The notes: a model not told the origin generated them from the sequence alone. Positions 9,659 to 18,926 are shown, counted from the first letter of the stretch. The stretch is DNA of 64,000 nt from Gammaproteobacteria bacterium (GCA_020027215.1 JAHRAO010000006.1:1939-65938); one strand, 5' to 3'. Translations and numbers: made by a program.

Positions 9659-10837
9659 TTAAGCCGCTTGCGCGGGTTTTGTTTCAACTGTTTTGCCCGC
9701 CTTGGTTGCGGCAAATGCCTCAGCCGATACGCCAGTGCTTTTGCATATCGCCAATTCATGCGGCAGCAGCCCATGGGCTTCGTTTATGTCATCAGTAGGT
9801 GCTATGCCGCCAGTTTGGGTTTTCAACAATGCACCGATCGGCGGAGTTTTATCCAAATACGCCTTAAGCGTATCCATATCCGTTTCACCAAGTTTCCGCG
9901 CCCAACTTTCTTGCGAAGGCAGTAACTTCCCGCTGGACAATGATGTTTTGACCAACTTATCAATCGTGCTCTCTCTCGCAAGAGTTTGTAACTCAATAAC
10001 CTGTTTTTTCAACGTCTCAAATATTTCTATCGGAACATATTTAGCGGGATCGGGATTAGCAGCTTGATGATTATTGCTCTCTGATTACAATGCAGCAACG
10101 GCGGTTTCGATCTCGTCCGCTTCCGCTTTCTCATCCAACCTCAATGCTTTCAGTGCTTCCATACCTATTTCTGATTTTTTGAGCAACGCCATTACAAAAC
10201 CATCCTCGCTAGTGCTCTCGGGCAATCCCAACTCACTAACGCAAGTTGCCAATAATGATACTTTACTCATCGCTTTCTCCTCATCATTTTCAAAATATGA
10301 ACTCAATAATTCTGCCCGCATGGTTGCAGGAATAATCTTTTCTGGATTGACAATCGCCGGCACATTGACCAATGCAGCACTGATAAATTTCCAAATCCGC
10401 CCGCTGTGTTTCTCGTGGAGAATAACGGGCGATAGATAGCGATATTCACCCGATTTCAATGCCTCTTGTGCCCGCTTCGTCCATTCCACATCAGTCGCCA
10501 CCAAACCCCGACCGGGTTGATATTCCGCGTGCTTAATCCATCCTGCGGTCGGTACAGGACCATTGCCGACAGGTTTAATGGATTGGTGTTCGTAATCTAT
10601 TTGCAGTGGAATATCACTCGCATTGATTTCAGCCGCCATGCGCTCGCCCATCTCATAGGTCAGCACAAAAGATGCCGCATCCCGCGGGCGACCATCTCGC
10701 CCACAAAATTGGCCGTCCGGAATGAGCAGTAAATTATTACTACTTGCACTAACATCAGTGGCAGCCAGAATAGTAATTTCCATTGCTCGTGCGACAGGGG
10801 CAATGGAAGCAGAATTGTCGTGTTTGGATGTATCCAT
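9659..10837 (-). pseudogene. Mu-like head protease I / scaffold Z gene with a single in-frame TAA at 10085-10087
   Basis: GRDGRP, IDYEHQS, AGWI, VEWT..A..EYRYLSPV, AALVNVPA. Read-through gives AAL*SESNNHQAANPDPAKYVPIEIFETLKKQV..GKLLPSQESWA. An internal ATG at 10270 with GAGGAG upstream is a candidate Z start. Confidence 0.88.
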
Positions 10838-11059
10838 ACCGCCACCTTAACACACAAAGGCAGACATGAAACAGGGGGATAGATGTCCGCCCTGTTAGAT
10901 TGTGATATTGAAGGTAATTATGGTTATTTGTACACTGTCGCACACATTATGTGAAAGCAATCACTTTCTGAGGCATTGCATCCCAAGTTTTGCCTTGATA
11001 TTTAAAATTATTTCCTCACTAAATCATCTCCTTCATTTGAAGGGATTACGCAATTATTA

Positions 11060-11548
11060 CTATTCAGAATGTAGTAATTCTTCATATCTTTTCTTATCTG
11101 CCTGCATGATATTTTTTGACTCTGATATGCCAATCCGAGGTATATACCAAAACAAACGAATAAAACCAACTAATGCGTATACGCCAATGCCAAATATCAA
11201 ACAATGATATACCCAAGGCACTTGCTCAAAATAAAAACCACCGATTGACACAATCGCCCATAACAATGAAACAAGCGTCGTCTCTCGTACCCAATACATC
11301 ATAATTATGTAATGACAAGAGTGCTTAAGTATATCGATGACTTTTGATTGAGATGATAACAGGATGCTAATAGAAGTCCCAGTTAATCCGCATAAAATAG
11401 ATGCTACCGTTGCCATTGCAGTTAAGTATAAATGACTATCTGGAAAAATAGATAAATTGCCCATAATACAACCACCAATAACTCCCGAAAGCACAGGGAA
11501 ATATTTTTGAAATAATTCTCCTAACTTCACTGACACTTTTTTAGTCAT
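11060..11548 (-). CDS. Small membrane protein (about 4 TM helices), partner of the upstream DUF6731-like gene
   Basis: Hydrophobic stretches FPVLSGVIGGCIM, MATVASILCGLTGTSISILL, LVSLLWAIVSIGGF, LIFGIGVYALVGFIRLFW. Start overlaps the upstream stop by 8 bp. Confidence 0.7.
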   Translation of the reverse strand: MTKKVSVKLGELFQKYFPVLSGVIGGCIMGNLSIFPDSHLYLTAMATVASILCGLTGTSISILLSSQSKVIDILKHSCHYIIMMYWVRETTLVSLLWAIVSIGGFYFEQVPWVYHCLIFGIGVYALVGFIRLFWYIPRIGISESKNIMQADKKRYEELLHSE

Positions 11549-12395
11549 GTATAACTTGCGCCTTTAACCACTTTTCATGAGCCTGAAGCAGTATGTTGTA
11601 CCGAGAATCAAATGAATACATCCTAGTTGTACCGTCCCTAATTAATCCCTCTAATGCGATTTCTTCTTGGGATTGTAATAAATTAAGCATCTCGATTTTT
11701 CGATTATCTTCTTGAGATACCTCTACTTTAAGGGATTGTAACATATTTTTGTTTTTTAATAATGATTTGCAGTATTGGAGGCAATTTAGCATGCGATTCA
11801 CACTACCTCCACGATATTGTTTTAAAGTAACTTCAATTCGTCCAATATTGGTCATTCCTGTCTTCTGAGCTATATCCCAATTGTGTTTTACTCTAGAATC
11901 AATATCCGTGGTAGGTGGGAATTTATTATTAGGGAATTCTATTGCATAAAACACCTGTTTGGCATATTTATGTGTATTTAATTTCTCTAATTCCCCTTTT
12001 TTAAGGACCGGGTCAAAATCTAATGAGCCGCCACCTAAACTTTGATTGAAATATTCACATATACTTGTAGCACGCGGGCCATAATGATTATATTGTACCA
12101 ATATAAATTGTCGTTTATTATCGTACAAAATAGCCGTCATTTCTCCGAACCCTTCATCAGTTCGTAGATCAAATCCTTTTGTAATCTCATTCTTGGATGA
12201 TCGTCCTGGGCCAAATTCTCTATGTTTAGCAAGATCCATAGCGTATAAATCATTTTCTAGGCATAGAGAATGTTCTAATTTTATCTCCCTAATTCTTCTT
12301 CTCTCGAGATCCATAGACATTAACTTTTTAACAATGGCGAGCAGGGATGCTCCTTTGACTTTGAAAAGGTGAGTCTTCATTTTTTGATTAGCCAT
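11541..12395 (-). CDS. DUF6731-like soluble protein
   Basis: DEGFGEMTAILYD..FILVQYNHYGPR..ICEYF pattern, recalled as DUF6731. Intact 284-aa AT-rich ORF. Confidence 0.5.
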   Translation of the reverse strand: MANQKMKTHLFKVKGASLLAIVKKLMSMDLERRRIREIKLEHSLCLENDLYAMDLAKHREFGPGRSSKNEITKGFDLRTDEGFGEMTAILYDNKRQFILVQYNHYGPRATSICEYFNQSLGGGSLDFDPVLKKGELEKLNTHKYAKQVFYAIEFPNNKFPPTTDIDSRVKHNWDIAQKTGMTNIGRIEVTLKQYRGGSVNRMLNCLQYCKSLLKNKNMLQSLKVEVSQEDNRKIEMLNLLQSQEEIALEGLIRDGTTRMYSFDSRYNILLQAHEKWLKAQVIHD

Positions 12396-12480
12396 ATAGC
12401 AAGTTCCTGTAAGATTTTACTCCGTGGTTAAAGCCACCGCCTGCGCCAGACGATTTCGCCGACACTTCTTTTCTAACGAA

Positions 12481-13224
12481 TTAATAGGAACAAGCAATAA
12501 CCTGCTGAGGCATTGCGTCCCAAGTCTTACCTTGATACGTTCTACCATTCGCTTTTTTATTACGCTTAATTCTATCGGCACCCCAAGTGCCCCATTGCTT
12601 GAAAAAAAATGCCACTCGATGACTTTGGCATTGCCGATAAATATTGTCAATCCAAGTACTATCCATTAGTCTGGCTTTATTGCCACTTTCACCGCCGACA
12701 ATCACCCAGTGGATGTCGCTTAAATCCACTTTCCCTATGTCTTCCAATAGCGGCTCAACCGATAAAAATCTGGTTTTAGCATTAATTTTGCGCAGTACAT
12801 CAATTCGTGGTACGCCATGTTTTTTATTTTCAACTGAAACGCCAAGCCATGCGTTCTTGGGTACGTCGCGGGTAGCAAAATACTTTTGCATCACTTTAGG
12901 GCGCTTTGTCAAAATCTGATAAGTGTGCTGTGGACTCTTGCGTATAGTCTCCATAACTTTATTGATGAAATCAAATGGCACGCGTGGGTGAAACAAATCG
13001 CTCATAGAATTAACAAAGTACATCGTTGGAATTTTGCGTTTTAACGGTTGATTCAGGCGATCTTCATGACAAGTTATAGCAAAACCGTCCTGGTAACCAT
13101 TCACCCCCATGGCTTTAAGCCGTTTAGACAGCGTCTCTGCATAACAATACTTGCACCCTGCCGATATCTTAGTGCATCCCGTCACAGGGTTCCAAGTTTT
13201 CTCTGTCCACTCTATATTTGACAT
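12481..13224 (-). CDS. DUF5131 (phage Gp37/Gp68) radical-SAM-like three-Cys-motif protein
   Basis: IEWTEKTWNPVTGCTKISAGCKYCYA (Cx6Cx2C), FVNSMSDLFH, YQILTKRP, WLGVSVE, FLSVEPLL, WVIVGGESG, FFFKQWG. Confidence 0.93.
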   Translation of the reverse strand: MSNIEWTEKTWNPVTGCTKISAGCKYCYAETLSKRLKAMGVNGYQDGFAITCHEDRLNQPLKRKIPTMYFVNSMSDLFHPRVPFDFINKVMETIRKSPQHTYQILTKRPKVMQKYFATRDVPKNAWLGVSVENKKHGVPRIDVLRKINAKTRFLSVEPLLEDIGKVDLSDIHWVIVGGESGNKARLMDSTWIDNIYRQCQSHRVAFFFKQWGTWGADRIKRNKKANGRTYQGKTWDAMPQQVIACSY

Positions 13225-14462
13225 TAACCCATTTTTATTACTAATTGTCGCTCTACAGTAATGATCCTTTTATCTGAATTGGCATTACCCTTTATTGTAA
13301 TAGATTTTTCCTCTTTCAAACTATCTAATGCTTTTTGGATGTCTTGATCGCTTCCCGGCGTGTGGTTTGTGATCCCTTGTTTCAATTTTTTAACGGTTAT
13401 GGCAGATCCGGACTGGATATTTTTATATAAATAATTCCCAATTTCTCTATGTAGTGCTTCATGTGTTTGTTGTGACGCAGCAACATCAAACCGAAACGAT
13501 GAGTGAGGTAAAGTAAGTTGTTTAGTATAGTCTTCATCGAATTTTGATCTATAGCCCAGCATATTAATCCCTGAAGTACCATAATGCTGAGATATATTAC
13601 CTTTATCCCAGTGAAGTCCCACCATCTCTTGACGCGCTCTATAGTGCCTTGATATGTGAATTAGCCAATATCCTCCTTGTGACTTTGAATTATCACTAAT
13701 AATAAAAAATGGAGTGAAAAAATAATTAAGACCATAAAAAATACTGGACATCCTATGTTGGATTATAGAACGACATTTATCTCGATTAGATTGATTACGT
13801 CTGAATTGTTGAAAGTCTTTCTGTGAGAAGCCAATCCTACTCAATGCATTTTGTTTTGATTCATCTAAATAAGTAATTAAGGCGTCTACCGCAAAGGTAA
13901 GGATGATTTCAGCATTGCTATTGTTCAGGATACATTTAATTTGCTTAATTAACACATCGCTATAGCCATACTGATCTAATATAAAAATTGAGCGACCATC
14001 TTGACGATTGTTGCTTTTTTTCTTTATTTGGGCAATAATAGTTGGTAAATAATGTCCAAATTCTCCACACAATACTTGTGATTTATTTTGGAAACCTTCC
14101 TTGCGAATTTCACCTTGTAAGTATTGAGCAGTTTGTTGATTTTTCTCAACAAATATAAAATCTTCTTCAAATTGAATAGGTGTTTTTGGATTTAAAGAGC
14201 GAATGCCTGCTTTAGCCTCGGCAACGGTGTTTAATAAAATTAATGGTGATCCATCTACAATATTGTCTTGGTATTGATATTTTCCTCCGCCAGCAAAACC
14301 ATCTACTATTGTGATCTTAAGAGATCTGTTTGGAAAACGATTAAGTGGTTGAGAAACAATTTCTAAGTATTTAGTCAGATAATCGCGAATTATTTCATGT
14401 TTACATTTACTATGGTTATCTAATGTGGGGATTTGACCATCACTCCATAAATATTTTCTCAT
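13224..14462 (-). CDS. tcmP: Three-Cys-motif partner protein (Rossmann methyltransferase-like, with C-terminal winged-HTH)
   Basis: HSKCKHEIIRDYL, IVDGFAGGGKY (SAM-binding), GSPL, FILDQYGYS, YWLIHISRH. Stop overlaps the DUF5131 start (TAATG). Likely start is ATG 14462 (ORF track uses 14495). Confidence 0.85.
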   Translation of the reverse strand: MRKYLWSDGQIPTLDNHSKCKHEIIRDYLTKYLEIVSQPLNRFPNRSLKITIVDGFAGGGKYQYQDNIVDGSPLILLNTVAEAKAGIRSLNPKTPIQFEEDFIFVEKNQQTAQYLQGEIRKEGFQNKSQVLCGEFGHYLPTIIAQIKKKSNNRQDGRSIFILDQYGYSDVLIKQIKCILNNSNAEIILTFAVDALITYLDESKQNALSRIGFSQKDFQQFRRNQSNRDKCRSIIQHRMSSIFYGLNYFFTPFFIISDNSKSQGGYWLIHISRHYRARQEMVGLHWDKGNISQHYGTSGINMLGYRSKFDEDYTKQLTLPHSSFRFDVAASQQTHEALHREIGNYLYKNIQSGSAITVKKLKQGITNHTPGSDQDIQKALDSLKEEKSITIKGNANSDKRIITVERQLVIKMG

Positions 14463-14749
14463 ATCATATCGCCCCATATAAGTTTGTTGGTCCAACCTGT
14501 CATTTGACGACCTGATGCAAAACCAAATGACCCCTGTGCCATTTTGACTTTTTCGTTTCTTGGTTCGTCTATTTGTTCAATAATTTAGAATGGTAGGACC
14601 ACATTTGTGACTTCATCAGATTTACCGTTCCAAGTAAGTTCTACTTGCTTTGATTCATCAAATAATAAGAAACGATATTTTTCAGGTAAGACCTTGCCTT
14701 CCTCAATGAGTTTTACGACATCTCGTTTTTCATTATCTGTGAGTTTCAT
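14459..14749 (-). pseudogene. N-terminal stump of a type III restriction-modification Mod (DNA methyltransferase) gene
   Basis: Not in the ORF track. Translates MKLTDNEKRDVVKLIEEGKVLPEKYRFLLF..VELTWNGK..VVLPF*IIEQIDEPR..GRQMTGWTNKLIWGDMI*. Internal TAA at 14585-14587; breaks off at the NKLIWGD motif that precedes the MTase core. Confidence 0.75.
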
Positions 14750-14854
14750 TATTTTTATTATGCCATTTACTTGAGGGTTGCTGCCACTGCCTTAAGAAGA
14801 AAGTGTGTAACAAAAAACTGTTTTCAAAAAGGTTGTTAAAACCCACATGTAGAA

Positions 14855-16702
14855 CTACTCCACCGTCACGGACTTGGCGAGGTTGCGCGGTTGATCGATG
14901 TCTGTGCCTTTGAGGACGGCGACGTGATAGGCAAGGAGTTGTAAGGGGATGGTATAGAGAATAGGTAATAGGATTTCATGAGTGGTCGGTAATACCAATT
15001 CACAAATATTATCGCCACTTATCTTGCTTTTGCGGTCGCTAAAGATGTATAGGTGACCACCACGTGCCATGATTTCGCGCAGGTTGGATCGCATTTTGTC
15101 GCGCAAACGATTATTGGGCATTAAGGCAATAACCGGCATAGTAGGTTCTACTAATGCTAAAGGTCCGTGCTTTAGTTCACCAGCGGGAAAGGCTTCGGCA
15201 TGGATGTAAGAGATTTCTTTCATTTTCAGTGCGCCTTCCAATGCAATCGGGTAATACATTCCTCTACCGACAAATAAAGCGTTATTCGTATCACGCAAGC
15301 CATGTGCCATATTTTGTATGGTTTCATCTAATTGCAGGATGCGCTCTAATAATTGTGGTAGGCGTTGCAAATCTTTAATCAGTGCCCTTTCCTTTTTGGC
15401 GGGAAAATGTTGGTTTCTTACCAGATTAACGACCAATAGCAAAAGAACAATCAATTGCGAGGTGAATGCCTTGGTGGAAGCAACCCCAAATTCAGGTCCA
15501 GCATTCGTCAATAAAAGAATATCGGCTTCGCGCGCCATAGAACTTTCGGCAACATTACATACGACTATGCGCGATAAGTAATCTTTTTTCTTGCTATCTC
15601 GCAAACAGGCAAGGGTATCGGCTGTTTCCCCCGATTGCGAAACGAGAAGCAATAAGGTGCCTTCTTGTAATGAATAAGGGCGATAACGATATTCGCTGGC
15701 GATTTCCACCGTGCACGGATAATCACTCAATTCTTCTAACCAGTGGCGCGCAACTAACCCCGCATGATAGCTCGTGCCACAGGACACAATATGGATATGG
15801 CGCACCTGCTCTAATAAATCATTTAATGCGTTGTCTGGAGTCGGTAGGGATAATTGCCGATCGCTGATACGTTTTTGTAGGGTGGCTCTAATCGCCGAGG
15901 GCTGTTCAAAGATTTCTTTTACCATATAGTGACGAAAATTACCTTTTCCGCTCGCTCCGTCATCCGTAGAAATATGCACGACTGGGCGTTGTAAATCCTG
16001 TTCATGCGGGTTAGTAATGGTATAAGCATCGCCTTTAATATGAATGACATCGTCTTCCTCTAAATAGGTAAAGCGATCGGTTACTTGACGCAGTGCTTGC
16101 ACATCCGAAGCCAAGTACAGTTCGTTGATGCCATTGCCTAACACTAGCGGGCTCCCTTTGCGCACGCCGATAATTTGACGGGGATGCTTTGTGCTAATGA
16201 CCACAAAGGCATAGGCGCCTTTCAGACGCTCAATACATTGATTGACCGCGGTGAATAAATTGGTATCTGTGCCGCTTTCGCTTTGCTGCCGAAGGTAATA
16301 ATGAATAAGGTGACCGATCACTTCGCTATCTGTATCCGAAGCAAATTGATAGTGTGCTGCGATTAATTCCTTACGCAACACAGCATCATTTTCAATAATG
16401 CCGTTATGCACGACCGATATACTATCGTTACTGTGGTGTGGATGGGCGTTCTCTGTGGTGACTGCGCCGTGGGTTGCCCAACGCGTGTGGGCAATACCGA
16501 TTTGACCTGTTAAGGTCTTCTTTTCCAACGCACGCTCTAAATTCGCCACCTTGCCTGTGCGTTTAATGCACCGCAGCCGTTGACGGGCAGTGAGCACCGC
16601 CAATCCCGCTGAATCGTAACCGCGATATTCCAAGCGGTATAAGCCTGCAAGTAAAATATCGGTTACATTTCGTTCGGCAAGGACTGCAATAATACCGCAC
16701 AT
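14855..16702 (-). CDS. glmS: Glutamine--fructose-6-phosphate aminotransferase
   Basis: MCGII N-terminus, LEYRGYDSAG, HTRWATHG, SQSGETADT, ELKHGP, PRNLAKSVTVE C-terminus. Confidence 0.99.
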   Translation of the reverse strand: MCGIIAVLAERNVTDILLAGLYRLEYRGYDSAGLAVLTARQRLRCIKRTGKVANLERALEKKTLTGQIGIAHTRWATHGAVTTENAHPHHSNDSISVVHNGIIENDAVLRKELIAAHYQFASDTDSEVIGHLIHYYLRQQSESGTDTNLFTAVNQCIERLKGAYAFVVISTKHPRQIIGVRKGSPLVLGNGINELYLASDVQALRQVTDRFTYLEEDDVIHIKGDAYTITNPHEQDLQRPVVHISTDDGASGKGNFRHYMVKEIFEQPSAIRATLQKRISDRQLSLPTPDNALNDLLEQVRHIHIVSCGTSYHAGLVARHWLEELSDYPCTVEIASEYRYRPYSLQEGTLLLLVSQSGETADTLACLRDSKKKDYLSRIVVCNVAESSMAREADILLLTNAGPEFGVASTKAFTSQLIVLLLLVVNLVRNQHFPAKKERALIKDLQRLPQLLERILQLDETIQNMAHGLRDTNNALFVGRGMYYPIALEGALKMKEISYIHAEAFPAGELKHGPLALVEPTMPVIALMPNNRLRDKMRSNLREIMARGGHLYIFSDRKSKISGDNICELVLPTTHEILLPILYTIPLQLLAYHVAVLKGTDIDQPRNLAKSVTVE

Positions 16703-16721
16703 GTCAATCAATCACTCATGG

Positions 16722-18104
16722 TTATTTGGGGGGCCTGTTTTTTTTCTTGTGCCAACCAGCGATGTTATGCTGGGCTGCCCGTCCTAAACCCAAAGCATCT
16801 GCAGGGACATCTTTTGTAATAGTACACCCCGCACCAATAGTTGAGTGTTTGCCAATTTTAAGGGGGGCAACTAATGAACAATTTGAACCGACAAAGACTT
16901 TTTCTTCAATGATGGTCGGGTTTTTATTGATCCCATCGTAATTGCAAGTAATAGTCCCTGCTCCGATATTAACACCTTGTCCGACTTGTGCGTCTCCAAC
17001 ATAGCTCAGGTGGTTAATCTTACTGCCGGTTTGGATAGATGATTTTTTTGTCTCCACAAAATTGCCGATACGCACTTCTCGCGCAAGTTCTGTGCCCGGT
17101 CGTAAGCGGGCAAATGGACCTATGGTGCATTCTTCGCCCACAACACTATCTTCAATAATGGAATTGGCATGAATGGTGCTTTTATCAGCAATTTGTGTCG
17201 GGCAGGTGTCGCCAATGAGCAGGCAATTCGGTGCAATGTATACTCCATCCCCTAAGTGTACATCCCCTTTAATAACCACATTGATATCAATAAAAACATC
17301 GCGACCAAAAGTCAAATTGCCGCGCAGGTCAAAACGGTGGGCGTCGGCTAGTTTTAATCCGCGCTCCATGAATTGATGCGCCATATTGTGCTGCCATTGT
17401 CGTTCTATCGCTACTAATTGTCCACGATGATTGACCCCCATGGCTTCATACGCATCTTGTGTTTGAATGCCGACAATGGCAGTATTCTGCGCATGTGCTT
17501 GGGCAATGATATCGGTGAGATAATATTCTTTTTGCTGATTGTGGTTGGTCAACGCCTGCGTCCATTTGCGTAAAGAGGCGGTAGAAGCGGCGAGTAAACC
17601 GGTATTAATTTCTTTTTCCGCCAATTGTGCGGGCGTGGCATCTGCGTGCTCAACAATCCCGCAAATCGCACCATCCTTATTGCGCATAATCCGTCCATAT
17701 CCATCTGGGCACTCTACAATTGCAGTCAGTACTGCCAATTGATCATTCTTGGCGCCTGCCGCAAGGCAATGCAAGGTTTCGGTGCGCACCAATGGGACAT
17801 CACCGTAGAGCACCATAAGGGTTTTATGATGATCGGGGAGTAATGGTAATACTTGGGCTACCGCATGCCCTGTTCCGAGTTGTTCGGTTTGTTGCACCCA
17901 ATGCACCGCGTAATCGGCAAAGGCTGAACGAATGGTGTCTCCTTGATGACCGATCACCGCATACACATGCGGAGAAATGGCAAATGCGCTATCCAAGACA
18001 TGTGCCAACATGGGTTTATTCCCTATAGTATGGAGCACTTTGGGCGTTGCCGAATGCATGCGGTTGGATTGTCCCGCAGCTAAGACAATAATTGCCAAAC
18101 TCAT
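16722..18104 (-). CDS. glmU: Bifunctional UDP-GlcNAc pyrophosphorylase / glucosamine-1-phosphate acetyltransferase
   Basis: LAAGQSNRM..PKVLH, QLGTGHAV, YGDVPL, EYYLTD, IGPFARLRP, HLSYVGD, NIGAGTITCNYDG. Confidence 0.98.
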   Translation of the reverse strand: MSLAIIVLAAGQSNRMHSATPKVLHTIGNKPMLAHVLDSAFAISPHVYAVIGHQGDTIRSAFADYAVHWVQQTEQLGTGHAVAQVLPLLPDHHKTLMVLYGDVPLVRTETLHCLAAGAKNDQLAVLTAIVECPDGYGRIMRNKDGAICGIVEHADATPAQLAEKEINTGLLAASTASLRKWTQALTNHNQQKEYYLTDIIAQAHAQNTAIVGIQTQDAYEAMGVNHRGQLVAIERQWQHNMAHQFMERGLKLADAHRFDLRGNLTFGRDVFIDINVVIKGDVHLGDGVYIAPNCLLIGDTCPTQIADKSTIHANSIIEDSVVGEECTIGPFARLRPGTELAREVRIGNFVETKKSSIQTGSKINHLSYVGDAQVGQGVNIGAGTITCNYDGINKNPTIIEEKVFVGSNCSLVAPLKIGKHSTIGAGCTITKDVPADALGLGRAAQHNIAGWHKKKNRPPK

Positions 18105-18329
18105 AACCAATAAGGATGAGGGGAATACAATGCCTGTGCAGTGTCTGACAGGATTATTGACCAGCGAGGCGATACGGAATAAATCATGTGCTTATTATGC
18201 CATTCATTGAGTGCGGTGAATAGAGAAACTATATTACTTACGTGCGCAGATCAATAAAACACAGTAACAAAATGGAGGCGATGCGGCAATTCCCTTGCGC
18301 ACATATAAATTTGCTACAATAAAATCCCT

Positions 18330-18926
18330 ATGCGTGTTGAAGAAAATTTTTTAGCACTCATTCAGCAATACGAGGTTCTCCGCTGGGGTGAGTTTACGCT
18401 CAAATCTGGGCAACAGAGCACTTACTTTTTTGATATGGGTGCTTTCGTCACCAATCATGCCCTCGCACAGGTTGGACAATGTTTTGCCCAAATGATTGTG
18501 GAACGGCAATTAAAGTTTGATGTGCTGTTCGGTCCAGCCTATAAAGGCATTATATTAGCGAGTGCGACAGCCACCGCATTAGCCCAACAATACGGGGTGG
18601 ATTGTGAATGGGCGTGTAACCGCAAAGAAACCAAGACGCATGGCGAAAAAGGAACAACTATTGGTGCCGATTTGACTGGAAAGCGGGTATTGGTAATAGA
18701 CGATGTTTTCACCCAAGGAACCGCGTGGCGTGAATCCTCTACAATCATTGCGCACAACGAAGGAAAAGTCATCGGATTGATAGTGGGCTTAGATAGGCAA
18801 GAAAAAGGGAGTCGCGACAAGTGTCCCGACACCTTCGTTACCTTGACCACCCTACACGCCGCAGTGCAATACCTCCAGCAGTCTAGGAACAGTATTGCTC
18901 ATAAATTTACCGGCAACTCAATATGA
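18330..18926 (+). CDS. pyrE: Orotate phosphoribosyltransferase
   Basis: GEFTLKSG, FGPAYKGI, NRKETKTHGEKG, VIDDVFTQG PRPP loop. 3' end overlaps ftsX by 28 bp. Confidence 0.93.
   Translation: MRVEENFLALIQQYEVLRWGEFTLKSGQQSTYFFDMGAFVTNHALAQVGQCFAQMIVERQLKFDVLFGPAYKGIILASATATALAQQYGVDCEWACNRKETKTHGEKGTTIGADLTGKRVLVIDDVFTQGTAWRESSTIIAHNEGKVIGLIVGLDRQEKGSRDKCPDTFVTLTTLHAAVQYLQQSRNSIAHKFTGNSI

Larger units (their letters stand above)
6161..10837 (-). mobile_element. Decayed Mu-like (transposable phage) head/neck/fibre module
   Basis: Gene order is protease/scaffold, capsid cement, major capsid T, gp36-like, gp37-like, small beta-sandwich protein, collagen fibre. Four in-frame stops. No terminase, portal, tail tube, sheath or transposase. 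Confidence 0.85.
1..14800. mobile_element. Mosaic genomic/defence island immediately downstream of glmS; left boundary lies outside the window
   Basis: Phage, RM-remnant and nuclease/helicase genes are clustered here. AT-rich blocks (1-6124, ~10900-14800) flank a more GC-rich phage block. Housekeeping genes resume abruptly at the glmS stop (14855). No integrase or transposase in the window. Confidence 0.75.

Noticed and set aside
6161-10837. Functional gene transfer agent, capsid-forming satellite or encapsulin-like compartment
   Set aside because: The capsid and protease genes carry nonsense codons, and no portal, terminase or integrase is present.
10902-11207. 101-aa + strand ORF as an anti-CRISPR or Aca gene
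   Set aside because: It overlaps the TM gene antisense, has no HTH or RBS, and has the composition of translated AT-rich non-coding DNA.
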